Below are positions 49,062 through 58,897 of a stretch of DNA of 64,000 nt, piece by piece. This DNA comes from Candidatus Poribacteria bacterium (lineage in GTDB: Bacteria > Poribacteria > WGA-4E > PCPOR2b). The notes under the pieces are model-generated. The model searched no databases. It saw only the letters and a program-made list of their open reading frames with translations, and had not been told where the DNA came from. The translations under genes were made by a program, and so were the position numbers. How positions within the stretch are numbered: the stretch's first letter is position 1; each line of letters opens with the position of its first letter. The stretch is from the NCBI GenBank assembly GCA_965215015.1, contig OZ244042.1, forward strand, positions 448,001 to 512,000, given 5' to 3'.

Positions 49062-49955
49062 GTGCAGACCCCAATTTCCATTGTTTTTGTTTTGTTGTCC
49101 GCGTTCTTCCACGCACTGTGGAACTACTATGGCAAAGCAAGTCGTTCGCCGCAATTGTTCTTCTTCTGGATCGGGGTGTTTACAGTAGGTATGGCGGCAC
49201 TTGTCTTCGCGCTGCAACTGCCAATCGCCCCAAAATCGGTTTGGAGTTATATCGCGGCGTCGGGTATCGTCCACTTTTTCTACTGGTTGTGCTTGAGCCG
49301 CGCCTATATGTCAGGCGAAATCTCTTATGTTTATCCGATTGCCCGATCTGCTCCCGGATTCATCCCCTTTTTTGCCTTCCTGTTTTTAAATGAGCGATTG
49401 TCAGTACAGGGCCTAATTGGCATATTTTCGATTGTCTTCTCGATCTATCTACTTCAGCAGCGGGACGGTAGATTGATATTCAAGGAACTATTTCAGTACA
49501 TCAGACAACCGGCTGCCGTTTGGGCGTTTTCGACACTCGGCACGGTGATCGCATACTCGCTGATTGACAAGGCTGGAATGTCCGAATTTCATGCACATTC
49601 GACCCAACGACACGCTTGGCAACCCGTGACCTACTTTTTAACGGAAAGCCTGATAGCGATGATATTGTATGGCAGCTATATCCTGCTTTGCTTCCCACTA
49701 CGGGAAATTACGGAGACTGGGCGTCGAGAATGGAAGCAGATTATCGCGACCGGACTGCTTTCAATGCTTTCTTATACACTTATCCTTTATGTTTATATGA
49801 CCGAAAGCGTCAGTTACGTCGTCGCGCTCCGCCAGAGCTCTGTGATTTTCGCTGTGTTACTCGGCGGATATCTACTGAAGGAATCACAAACGAAATTGCG
49901 ATTTGCGGCAGCGGTGGTGATGGTTATCGGGGTCGTTCTGATTTCAACAGCGTGA
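49062..49955 (+). CDS. EamA/DMT-family transporter
   Basis: SAFFHALWN, AYMSGEISYVYPIAR, YSLIDK, ALRQSSV; start uncertain. Confidence 0.85.
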   Translation: MQTPISIVFVLLSAFFHALWNYYGKASRSPQLFFFWIGVFTVGMAALVFALQLPIAPKSVWSYIAASGIVHFFYWLCLSRAYMSGEISYVYPIARSAPGFIPFFAFLFLNERLSVQGLIGIFSIVFSIYLLQQRDGRLIFKELFQYIRQPAAVWAFSTLGTVIAYSLIDKAGMSEFHAHSTQRHAWQPVTYFLTESLIAMILYGSYILLCFPLREITETGRREWKQIIATGLLSMLSYTLILYVYMTESVSYVVALRQSSVIFAVLLGGYLLKESQTKLRFAAAVVMVIGVVLISTA

Positions 49956-49966
49956 AGCTGGACAGT

Positions 49967-50905
49967 TCATGTGTCATCTTTCACCTGTCCTTTCCGGATT
50001 TGTCGCTTCATCTGCCATTGCGGGTCTGGTTGGGTTTTCCACCGATTGTGCGTCCAGAGCCACTGATCCGGATATTGTCGGATATACGCCTCAAGAATTT
50101 TCAGGATATGCACAGTATTAGTCTGTACGTCCTGTTCGAGATCGCCCGATATTTCTAGGTCAATTGCCGGCGTAATGAGCACATGATGCCTGTCATCCGG
50201 CTGGCGGATATCCATTGACACGAGCAGTGGTGCCCCCGTCTTGAGGGCAAGCGTTGCAGGACCACGGACAGCGGAAGCCGGTTTTCCAAAGAAATGGACA
50301 AAAATCCCCTCCCGCCCTGCATTCTGATCCGCAAAAAATCCGACAGCATAATTCTCTTTAAGCGCGCGAAGAGTTTCCCTGACTGCTCGTCTCCGAGTGA
50401 TCAACTGTAAACTCAGACGCTCTCGATATTGGGAGACAAGTGCGTTGAGGTATCTGTTTTTGAGCGGAAACGCAATTGCTTTTGCTTGGTCCGGGATAAG
50501 TGCCCCATAGACAAGTGCGAGGAGTTCCCAATTCCCAAAATGAGGGAGAAACACAATGGCACCTTTACCCCGATTCAGTGCCTGTATTAAGTGCTCTTTT
50601 CCCTCAACGGTCACTTCTTCCCAGATGTTGTCAAAAGTTAATTGGGGAAAACGGAGAAATTCAATTGCGGTTTTTCCTATCTGTTGAAAACTTCTGCGGC
50701 AAATCTGTGCTTGTTCATCGGTAGACATCTCATCGCCGAACGCAATTTGCAGATTCTCTAAGGCAATTCGGCGACGTTTCTTTAGGACAAAATAGAGGAG
50801 GTTTCCCAGACCGCTCCCCAGCATCAGGGCATACCGCTTGGGAAGCCAACAGATGGTTACGCCCAATATACGAATGATAAAAGTAATCAACCAGTCAACA
50901 ATCAA
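49967..50905 (-). CDS. Lipid A late acyltransferase (LpxL/HtrB family)
   Basis: HFGNWE, DQNAG, FFG, PDQWLWTHNRWK. Confidence 0.88.
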   Translation of the reverse strand: MIVDWLITFIIRILGVTICWLPKRYALMLGSGLGNLLYFVLKKRRRIALENLQIAFGDEMSTDEQAQICRRSFQQIGKTAIEFLRFPQLTFDNIWEEVTVEGKEHLIQALNRGKGAIVFLPHFGNWELLALVYGALIPDQAKAIAFPLKNRYLNALVSQYRERLSLQLITRRRAVRETLRALKENYAVGFFADQNAGREGIFVHFFGKPASAVRGPATLALKTGAPLLVSMDIRQPDDRHHVLITPAIDLEISGDLEQDVQTNTVHILKILEAYIRQYPDQWLWTHNRWKTQPDPQWQMKRQIRKGQVKDDT

Positions 50906-50923
50906 AGTCCTTACGCATTGGGC

Positions 50924-51208
50924 TTACGAAAGCGCATCGACTCTCTTCGCCAATTCAAAATCCAATGCGCTAATTCCTCCGGCGTCGTGTGTTGCGAGGT
51001 CAACTGTCACGCGATTATAGACGTTAAACCACTCCGGGTGATGATTCATTGATTCTGCCATCAGGGCAACGCGCGCCATAAAACCGAAGGCGTCTACAAA
51101 CGAGTCGAACTGAAATTCCTTGTGCAGCTTTTCATTTTCGACCGTCCAACCCGATAGTCCTTCAAGTTGGCCCCTAATTTCTGCATCGGTTAGTTTTGTA
51201 ATTGCCAT
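50924..51208 (-). CDS. phhB: Pterin-4-alpha-carbinolamine dehydratase
   Basis: AESMNHHPEWFNVYNRV..THDAGGIS.LD. Confidence 0.93.
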   Translation of the reverse strand: MAITKLTDAEIRGQLEGLSGWTVENEKLHKEFQFDSFVDAFGFMARVALMAESMNHHPEWFNVYNRVTVDLATHDAGGISALDFELAKRVDALS

Positions 51209-51312
51209 TTCATTTTCTCCCTAAAAGCTGGGTTTATTTTAATTCCCTATCCCGATGGCATTGTAGTGGGATTTTCGAGTAAAGTCAAGTTAAAATTTCG
51301 AGATTTCTGTTG

Positions 51313-51341
51313 TTGACAGAAGCTCGCAGTTCGTGTATTAT
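51313..51341 (+). promoter_or_regulatory. Sigma-70 promoter
   Basis: TTGACA-N17-TATTAT upstream of the 51435-secA cluster. Confidence 0.7.
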
Positions 51342-51434
51342 ATATCCAAGTTCTGGACGACTCAAGTCTGATGTATAGTTGGCTGATACCACGCTAGAAT
51401 TCGTTGGAAAATTGTCCGACAACTGGATAAAAAA

Positions 51435-52613
51435 ATGGCTAAATTGCATTTTGATTTTCGAGATATTTTCCGAGCCGGGCGTTACGGCTTCGATATAAAG
51501 AAGATCTTAGTTCACCTTTTCGGGCTTATTCTTGCTTATCTCATCTACGAAATATTGGTATATACGAGCTTGTTCATTGTAGGCGGAGGTGCAGCCAAGC
51601 AGTTCTGGGAGACCTATGCGCTCCTGCCCGTTTGTCCCCTTGTCAATTATGCTTTTGAAGGCATTACAGTTGGCGCGATGTGGCTCGGCATATTCATCCT
51701 GTTCGTGTTCTTCTTTTTAACGAGCACGATGGTCTCAAAAATCACAATTCAGCAACTGCAGGGCGACCATTTTTTTTCTATGAAGGCGTCTTGGGGCTTT
51801 GTGCAGCAACATTGGAAAGCCGTTTTAGGGACGTTTGTGGGCTTGATTGTCATTCTCATGCTTTTGGCTTTAATACCGATTGGCGTCGGTCTGCTCGGCA
51901 AGATTCCAACAGTGGGTCGCGTCATTCTCATGTTCGCATCGGTCTTGACCCCTTTTGCGTTCTTTATTGGATTGCTGATGGCTTACTTCCTTGTGGTTTT
52001 GGGAGTGAGCCTGTTTTTCGCGCCCTCTGTGGTTGCGGCTGCAGAGTCGGATACTTTTGAAACGGCGTATCAGCATCTTGCGATGGTTTGGAATCAACCG
52101 TGGCGGCTCCTTATCTACGAAGTACTTCTGCTTGGTGTGAAAGTGATCTGTACCCCGATTTGGGTCATCTTTTGCCTGACCGGGTTTGTCTTAGCGATGC
52201 AACCAATCCACTTCCTGATCCCTACGGATATGCAGCATATTATGTGGCAGGCAGATCGGTGGCTCGGCGGTTCGATTGATAAATTCGCTGCGCTCCCATA
52301 CATGGACAGTTTCAAGATATTCAAAGTATTTGATATTGTTCCCGAACCCACCAATTTGCCGATCACGCTTAATATCGCCGCAATTTTTATGACACTGTCT
52401 CTATTATTTATCGTCGGCTTGATTATCGCTTACCTATTGTCGATTGCTTCAACTGGTAATACCCTCATCTATACAATACTGAGAAGGCGGGTTGATGGGG
52501 AAAATCTATTAGAGGTTGAGGATGATATTCCAGATCCAGTTGTGCCAGACGCACTACCTTCACAAGCTGCTTTGAATTCCAATGCAGTTAAGACTGAAGA
52601 AAAAACACAGTGA
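51435..52613 (+). CDS. Hypothetical membrane protein
   Basis: 392-aa ORF with multiple hydrophobic helices, co-oriented with secA. Confidence 0.75.
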   Translation: MAKLHFDFRDIFRAGRYGFDIKKILVHLFGLILAYLIYEILVYTSLFIVGGGAAKQFWETYALLPVCPLVNYAFEGITVGAMWLGIFILFVFFFLTSTMVSKITIQQLQGDHFFSMKASWGFVQQHWKAVLGTFVGLIVILMLLALIPIGVGLLGKIPTVGRVILMFASVLTPFAFFIGLLMAYFLVVLGVSLFFAPSVVAAAESDTFETAYQHLAMVWNQPWRLLIYEVLLLGVKVICTPIWVIFCLTGFVLAMQPIHFLIPTDMQHIMWQADRWLGGSIDKFAALPYMDSFKIFKVFDIVPEPTNLPITLNIAAIFMTLSLLFIVGLIIAYLLSIASTGNTLIYTILRRRVDGENLLEVEDDIPDPVVPDALPSQAALNSNAVKTEEKTQ

Positions 52614-52690
52614 GATGTAACTAAATCGTGTGCCAAACGTCAAAGGTGAGTAGAATTAGGAAATTTGTAAACTAGGGGTGATGATGTTTC

Positions 52691-55615
52691 ATGCTTCAGA
52701 AAGTATTGACCAAGGTTTTTGGCAGTAAACAGAATCGGGATATGAAGTTGCTCCAACCAATTGTGGACAAAATCAACCAGTTGGAGCCGGAGATGCAGCG
52801 TCTATCCGATGCTGCCCTCCAATCAAAGACACCGCACTTTCGAGAAAGGCTAGACGCCGGCGAATCCCTCGACGCGCTCTTGCCCGAAGCATTCGCTGCG
52901 GTACGTGAAGTATCGGTGCGGACCTTGAATCAACGCCACTACGATGTTCAACTCATGGGCGGAGTTGTATTCCACCAAGGCAAAATCGCCGAAATGAAAA
53001 CAGGCGAGGGCAAGACCCTAACCTCTACGCTCGCCGTTTATCTGAACGCCTTAGCAGGCAAGGGTGTCCACGTTGTCACTGTCAACGATTATCTCGCCAA
53101 GCGCGATGCGGAATGGATGGGAAAGATTTACACCTTCCTCGGATTGAGTGTGGGGTTAACTTACAGCGGACTACCCCATAATTTGAAAGCCCTAGGATAT
53201 AAATCGGACATTACTTACGGCGTACACAGTGAATTTGGCTTCGATTATCTGTGGGACAATAAAGGGCAGATGCTTGAAGAGAAGGTACAGCGCGGCCATC
53301 ATTACGCCATCGTTGATGAAGTTGACAGCATCCTGATTGATGAGGCACGGACACCGTTGATTATCGCTGAACCACAGGGTGAGCCGGTCGAACTCTATAA
53401 AAAAATTGACGCTGCGGTGCGACGCCTAAAAAATGAAAGACATTATGAACAAGACGAAAAAAGTAGCAAACGCGGCACCGTCGCGCTGACTGAGGGGGGT
53501 GTGGAAGAGATTGAACGCCTCCTAGGGGTAGAAGACCTCTACGATCACGAAAGCATGAACTTGGTGCATCACGTCAATCAGGCACTGATTGCACACACCC
53601 TTTACAAACGCGATGTGGACTATGTTGTGCAGGGCGGAGAAGTCATCATTGTCGATGAATTTACCGGACGATTACAGGAGGGCAGGCGTTTTAACGAAGG
53701 TCTCCATCAAGCCCTTGAAGCCAAAGAACATGTGCAGATTAAGCAGGAAAATCAAACAGGTGCGTCAATTACCTATCAAAACTATTTCCGGATGTACGAG
53801 AAGTTAGCAGGTATGACCGGTACGGCTGAAACAGAAGCTGCCGAGTTTGCACATGTCTACGGATTGGATGTCGTCGTTGTCCCCACGAATGAACCGATGA
53901 TTCGGATGGACCACTCGGACGTTATCTATAAGACGGAAAACGCAAAATACCGGGCGGTTCTCGAAGACATTATTGAGCAGCATGAGCAGGGACGGCCCGT
54001 GCTTGTTGGCACCATTTCAATCGAAAATTCTGAAAAATTGAGTCAGATGCTCCGCAAAAAACGGCGGGACATCAAACATCAGGTGCTGAACGCTAAAGAG
54101 CACGCCCGTGAAGCGACAATCATCTCCCAAGCAGGAGTCCCCGGCAACGTAACGATTGCAACGAATATGGCGGGGCGTGGAGTGGACATCTTGCTCGGTG
54201 GAAATCCGGAGGGGTTGGCGAGAGAGATCCTTCGTAAAAAGAAAGTAGATCCATCCACCATTGACGAGGGTTCAGCAGAATGGCAGGAAGCTCTTGTCGA
54301 AGCTGAAGCCATTTGCGCCCCAAATCGGGGACAGGTGTTAAAAACAGGCGGCTTGCATATCATTGCTACGGAGCGACATGAAGCACGGCGGATTGATAAC
54401 CAATTGCGTGGACGTGCTGGACGTCAAGGAGATCCGGGGTCTTCTCGTTTCTACCTCTCACTCGAAGATGACTTGATGCGGAAGTTTGGATCCGAGCGCT
54501 TATCTGGCATCATGGATCGGTTGGGCATGGAAGAAGATATACCGATTGAACACAAAGCGGTGACCAACGCGATTGAAAAAGCCCAGAAGCGGGTTGAGCA
54601 AGTTTTCTTTGAGATGCGCAAGAATCGACTCAAATTCGACGACGTGATGAACTCGCAACGTCAAAGCATCTACAGTTTGCGCGATAGTATTTTGGAAGGG
54701 GACGACCTCAAAGAGACGATTTGGGAAATGATTGAAAATGTGTTGGATGATTACCTTGAGGAACATTTACCTGAACATATCAATGACGCGAGACTCTCCA
54801 CTATTCGCCCAGAATTCCAAAATCAGCTAAACAGTGGCGAACCAATCTCGGCGGATTCGTTGCAGGAACTTAGAACCAGCGGGCTTACTCTATCCGAAAA
54901 CGCCACCGTTTCAAACTCAAAGAAAGGCAGTGAGTGGTTGGTCTCCGATGATGAGAATCAGAATACATACGTTATCAGGAAAGAAGGGACCCAGTTAAAC
55001 GTTTATGAGGGCATCATTGAAGGGTTCAAAACTTGGTGGGCGAATACCTTCACCATTGATGCGGCAGATTTGCAGCAGCCACTGAACATGAGCCAATCCG
55101 AACTGCGGGAATATCTTCTCAAATTGCTGCGCCAGCTTTATGAACGGCGTGAAGCTGAGATGGGCTCAGAGTTGATGCGTACGCTTGAACGACTGATTCT
55201 GATCGACCGAATTGATCACCATTGGAAAGACCATCTGTACAATATCGATTACATCGAAGAGGGAATTTACCTGCGTGGTTACGCTGGCAAAGATCCGATT
55301 GTTGTTTTTAAAAATGAAGCCTTCAGCGTCTTTGAAGCGATGTACCGACGAATTGAAGGGGAGGTCAGCGAATATATTTTCAAAGCACGTATTGAAACCA
55401 CACCTCTCCAAAGCGATCGGCCTCGGCGTACTTCCCGCCGCAGAAATGCCGTGAACACACACGGTGCTATTGCAGGAGCAACTGGTGGACAATCAGCCAG
55501 TAACACCGCTGAATTTGCTTCCCGTCAGGCGGCTGGTGGACTTCCGAAGGTTGGCCGCAACGCCCCATGTCCCTGTGGGAGCGGCAAAAAATACAAAAAG
55601 TGTCACGGAAAGTAA
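52691..55615 (+). CDS. secA: Preprotein translocase subunit SecA
   Basis: [69 protein letters not shown]. Confidence 0.97.
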   Translation: MLQKVLTKVFGSKQNRDMKLLQPIVDKINQLEPEMQRLSDAALQSKTPHFRERLDAGESLDALLPEAFAAVREVSVRTLNQRHYDVQLMGGVVFHQGKIAEMKTGEGKTLTSTLAVYLNALAGKGVHVVTVNDYLAKRDAEWMGKIYTFLGLSVGLTYSGLPHNLKALGYKSDITYGVHSEFGFDYLWDNKGQMLEEKVQRGHHYAIVDEVDSILIDEARTPLIIAEPQGEPVELYKKIDAAVRRLKNERHYEQDEKSSKRGTVALTEGGVEEIERLLGVEDLYDHESMNLVHHVNQALIAHTLYKRDVDYVVQGGEVIIVDEFTGRLQEGRRFNEGLHQALEAKEHVQIKQENQTGASITYQNYFRMYEKLAGMTGTAETEAAEFAHVYGLDVVVVPTNEPMIRMDHSDVIYKTENAKYRAVLEDIIEQHEQGRPVLVGTISIENSEKLSQMLRKKRRDIKHQVLNAKEHAREATIISQAGVPGNVTIATNMAGRGVDILLGGNPEGLAREILRKKKVDPSTIDEGSAEWQEALVEAEAICAPNRGQVLKTGGLHIIATERHEARRIDNQLRGRAGRQGDPGSSRFYLSLEDDLMRKFGSERLSGIMDRLGMEEDIPIEHKAVTNAIEKAQKRVEQVFFEMRKNRLKFDDVMNSQRQSIYSLRDSILEGDDLKETIWEMIENVLDDYLEEHLPEHINDARLSTIRPEFQNQLNSGEPISADSLQELRTSGLTLSENATVSNSKKGSEWLVSDDENQNTYVIRKEGTQLNVYEGIIEGFKTWWANTFTIDAADLQQPLNMSQSELREYLLKLLRQLYERREAEMGSELMRTLERLILIDRIDHHWKDHLYNIDYIEEGIYLRGYAGKDPIVVFKNEAFSVFEAMYRRIEGEVSEYIFKARIETTPLQSDRPRRTSRRRNAVNTHGAIAGATGGQSASNTAEFASRQAAGGLPKVGRNAPCPCGSGKKYKKCHGK

Positions 55616-55672
55616 AGCGTAAAAAATCTGTAAGCACTTAAGAGACAGGTTACAGAATTATGGGGGATTTCC

Positions 55673-55870
55673 TTGAGTTCACAAGCACAAGAAATTAGCG
55701 GTGAATTACTTGAAATCCTCGCATGTCCGGCTTGCAAGGGCGATATCAAGTATGATCAGGAGAATCAGAAGCTGATTTGTATCGGACGATGTAATCGGCA
55801 TTACCCAATCCGTGATGGCATTCCAGTCATGTTAATTGGTGAAGCTGAAATGCCAGGGCGTGAAACGTGA
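55673..55870 (+). CDS. Trm112/YcaR-family protein
   Basis: [11 protein letters not shown]...[11 protein letters not shown]. Confidence 0.88.
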   Translation: MSSQAQEISGELLEILACPACKGDIKYDQENQKLICIGRCNRHYPIRDGIPVMLIGEAEMPGRET

Positions 55871-55894
55871 TGTCCAGATCTGATCGAGAGAGAC

Positions 55895-55920
55895 CCCGGA
55901 ACATCGCGCGATGTTCCGGG
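55895..55920. repeat. Perfect 26-bp palindrome
   Basis: CCCGGAACATCGCGCGATGTTCCGGG; one arm resembles GCGCGATGTCCCGGG inside repeat B. Confidence 0.75.
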
Positions 55921-56215
55921 TTGATTGAGCCGAGATTACAGCGCGATAGTGTCTGGTATCTTCGTAAGTCTCCGATGAATCAAATCCAACGATACCGGGC
56001 CGTGAAACGTGAAAGCCCTTTGCTCATTAGCACCCGCCCTACGAGGTTCATACAAAAAGAGAGTGCAAAATGCTAAGAGAAACTGAGCTTTTGGAATAAG
56101 GAACAACGATTGTTATTCCCGACGGTTTCTGTTGCACGATTTTTTAACATAAAGCCTATAAAAACAGGGTAGGAAATTGATTTCCATCAACCTAAACTAC
56201 CGAATATAGATAACT

Positions 56216-57082
56216 ATGACTCGTCGAAAAAGACTACTCATCATTTTGATTGTTGGTGTTGGATTGTTGTTCTTCTTGTTGATAGTTCGGACCCTGGTGC
56301 AAAGTGCGCCGATTGGAGACAAAGTTGCAGTCATCGATATTACTGGTGTCATATCGCGCACAGAGACAGTTATTGATCAGATCCATCAATATCGTGATGA
56401 TCAGACCGTTAAGGCAATCGTTCTGCGTATTAACTCACCCGGTGGTAGCGTCGCCCCCGTTCAAGAAATCTATAGCGAATTAAAAAAATTGGACAAACCG
56501 ATTGTCGCCTCAATGAGTAGTACCGCCGCATCCGGAGGGTACTATATCGCGGCTATTGCTGATGAGGTTCTTGCAAATCCCGGCACCTTGACAGGTAGCA
56601 TTGGGGTAATCATGCAGTTTACAAAGCTGAAAGGTCTCTACGAAAAGGTGGGATTAGAGCAGCAGGTTGTTAAAAGTGGCAAGTTCAAGGATACAGGTTC
56701 ACCGGTGCGTGATCTGACGGACGAAGAACGTGAGCTTTTGCAGGCAACTCTCGATAATGTTCACAATCAGTTCATCGATGCTGTCTCTGAAGGACGTCAG
56801 GAGCATTTGACACGAGAGGATGTTGTCGCCCTCGCGGACGGACGAATCTTTTCGGGACAGCAAGCGTTGGAACATAAGCTGGTAGACCAGCTTGGTAACC
56901 TCCCCGATGCGATTGACCGCGCAGGAGAGCTTGGGGGCATTTCGGGCAAACCGAAAGTGGTTCGTACGAAGCGCAAAACCTCTATGCTTGAGCGGATATT
57001 AGGCACTACAGGGAAAGAGAATTTAGATAAATTGCTTGACAGCACCGGTGTCACTTTCCGGTATGAACTCCATATCCGGTGA
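56216..57082 (+). CDS. sppA: Signal peptide peptidase SppA (S49, short form)
   Basis: RINSPGG, AASGGYY, TGSIGV, KSGKFKD, DGRIFSG. Confidence 0.92.
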   Translation: MTRRKRLLIILIVGVGLLFFLLIVRTLVQSAPIGDKVAVIDITGVISRTETVIDQIHQYRDDQTVKAIVLRINSPGGSVAPVQEIYSELKKLDKPIVASMSSTAASGGYYIAAIADEVLANPGTLTGSIGVIMQFTKLKGLYEKVGLEQQVVKSGKFKDTGSPVRDLTDEERELLQATLDNVHNQFIDAVSEGRQEHLTREDVVALADGRIFSGQQALEHKLVDQLGNLPDAIDRAGELGGISGKPKVVRTKRKTSMLERILGTTGKENLDKLLDSTGVTFRYELHIR

Positions 57083-57122
57083 AGTTGCTGTGAAATTAGC
57101 ACCCAACAACCCTATAGACTAA

Positions 57123-58169
57123 ATGGCAGATTTCTACCAACCGAACCACGATTGGGAACGCCTCGCCCGAAAGGTGCTACAACCTCAACAGATTGTACTG
57201 GTTATTGGTGCAACGGATGTCGGTAAATCAACATTCTGCCGGTTTCTCATCGAACGGGGGGTGGCGAGCGGCCTGAGGGTTGGCTTCGTTGATGCGGATG
57301 TGGGGCAATCGCAGATTGGGCCTCCAACCACAATTGGGTTGAAGGTCTTTATGTCAAACGGTTCAACAGAAAGCCTTGAAGAGGTTGAGGGCGAACCCGA
57401 TGCACTTTACTTCGTAGGTTGGACCTCACCCGAACGTCATCTACTGCAATGTGTAGCTGGGACGCGCTTGATGGTTGACGTTGCCTTGAAATCGAGGGCA
57501 GATTTCATTGTGGTTGATACGACAGGTTATATAGAAGGGGATACCGCAGTTGTTCTCAAACAGCACAAAATCGAATTGGTCAAACCAACACACCTGATTT
57601 GCCTCCATCGGTCACGCGAGTTGGAGGCAATTGTTGCTCCCTTCGAGGATAACGATATAATACAAATACATCGTCTTTTGCCTCATAGGAGCGTTACCTC
57701 CAAGAGTGACGAATTTCGTAGAAAGTATCGTGCGTCGAGTTTCACGCGCTACTTTTCAGATTGCGTTCAGGAGACTCTGCCCTTCGATCAGATTCGTGGG
57801 CAAAGAATCCCGTTTTTCAATGGGCGGCAGGCAAACCCAAAAGAACAGGAAATACTCTCCAATTTTGTTGATGACCGTGTTTTTTATGGGGAATGGGGAC
57901 ATCGATCATTGGTACTGGTTACACTAGATGCATTGTCGAGTCTAACCCAAGCACGACTAAAAAATCATTTGAGTTTGAAGAATTTGGTTGCCGAAACTCC
58001 CCAATACTTTGAACGTTGCTTGGTCGGGTTACTTAACGCATCGGGCACAACGATTTCAATTGGAGTGATCGACGCTGTGGATTTCAACGCCAAGCAGTTG
58101 CAAATACGGTGCAAGGTGGGCACAGCAGCCGAGACAAAAACCATCCAGTTTGGACGGTATAGAATGTGA
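57123..58169 (+). CDS. Clp1/Grc3-family polynucleotide 5'-kinase
   Basis: Walker A GATDVGKST, DADVGQSQIGPP, VVDTTG, RRKYR lid. Confidence 0.82.
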   Translation: MADFYQPNHDWERLARKVLQPQQIVLVIGATDVGKSTFCRFLIERGVASGLRVGFVDADVGQSQIGPPTTIGLKVFMSNGSTESLEEVEGEPDALYFVGWTSPERHLLQCVAGTRLMVDVALKSRADFIVVDTTGYIEGDTAVVLKQHKIELVKPTHLICLHRSRELEAIVAPFEDNDIIQIHRLLPHRSVTSKSDEFRRKYRASSFTRYFSDCVQETLPFDQIRGQRIPFFNGRQANPKEQEILSNFVDDRVFYGEWGHRSLVLVTLDALSSLTQARLKNHLSLKNLVAETPQYFERCLVGLLNASGTTISIGVIDAVDFNAKQLQIRCKVGTAAETKTIQFGRYRM

Positions 58170-58175
58170 TGAACG

Positions 58176-58895
58176 ATGTGGAATCAGACCTACCTTCTTT
58201 CCGAACTCCCGCCGGCAGCAGAAACAGCGGAAGAGGTCAAATTCATTTGTGAAGCACTTGAACTTCTGCAAGGGTCAACCGTTCTAGATCTTTGCTGTGG
58301 TCAGGGACGGCATGGACAGCTCTTAGCAGACAGAGGCATGAAAGTTGTTGGCTTAGATAGCTCCCGTTTCCTCTTAACGGAAGCGCAGAAAAACGGATTT
58401 TCAAGCCAGAACCGCGTACATCTCATTGAAGGGGACGCACGTCATATTCCCTTAAAGTCAGCCTGTGATGCTGTCATTAATCTCTTTACCAGTTTCGGTT
58501 TTTTTGAAGATAGTGATAATAGACGGGTTATTACAGCGGTTGCGGCAGCTCTCAAACCAAGTGGGAAATTTTTACTGGAGCACTGGAATCCTTACGCGGT
58601 GTTTCAATTGGATCAAACGCGCAATTGGTGGTGGATGTCCGAATCGCTGCTAGCACTTGCGGAGGTTGAATATGCTCCGGACTCTGGACGGCTTTCCGAC
58701 TATCGAACGGTAATAGATCTCTCTACCGGTGCAGTTCAGGAGTCGGTCAATCGCATTCGATTCTACTTTCCGGCCGAATTGAAAGGAATGTTAGAAGCAG
58801 CAGGCTTGAAGGTACGTGCGATGTACGGCGATTTTGACTATAGTCCGTTTCTGACGGAGTCGAGGCGGCTGATAACGATTGCGGAAAAGTGTTAA
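58176..58895 (+). CDS. Class I SAM-dependent methyltransferase
   Basis: VLDLCCGQGRH, GDAR, NLFTSFGFF, LKPSG. Confidence 0.87.
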   Translation: MWNQTYLLSELPPAAETAEEVKFICEALELLQGSTVLDLCCGQGRHGQLLADRGMKVVGLDSSRFLLTEAQKNGFSSQNRVHLIEGDARHIPLKSACDAVINLFTSFGFFEDSDNRRVITAVAAALKPSGKFLLEHWNPYAVFQLDQTRNWWWMSESLLALAEVEYAPDSGRLSDYRTVIDLSTGAVQESVNRIRFYFPAELKGMLEAAGLKVRAMYGDFDYSPFLTESRRLITIAEKC

Positions 58896-58897
58896 CA

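Noticed and set aside
54791-55006. Intein in SecA
   Set aside because: Too short and lacks the N-terminal Cys/Ser and C-terminal His-Asn splice residues
55867-56076. 69-aa ORF after Trm112
   Set aside because: Spans a palindrome and heptamer repeats; likely non-coding repeat DNA
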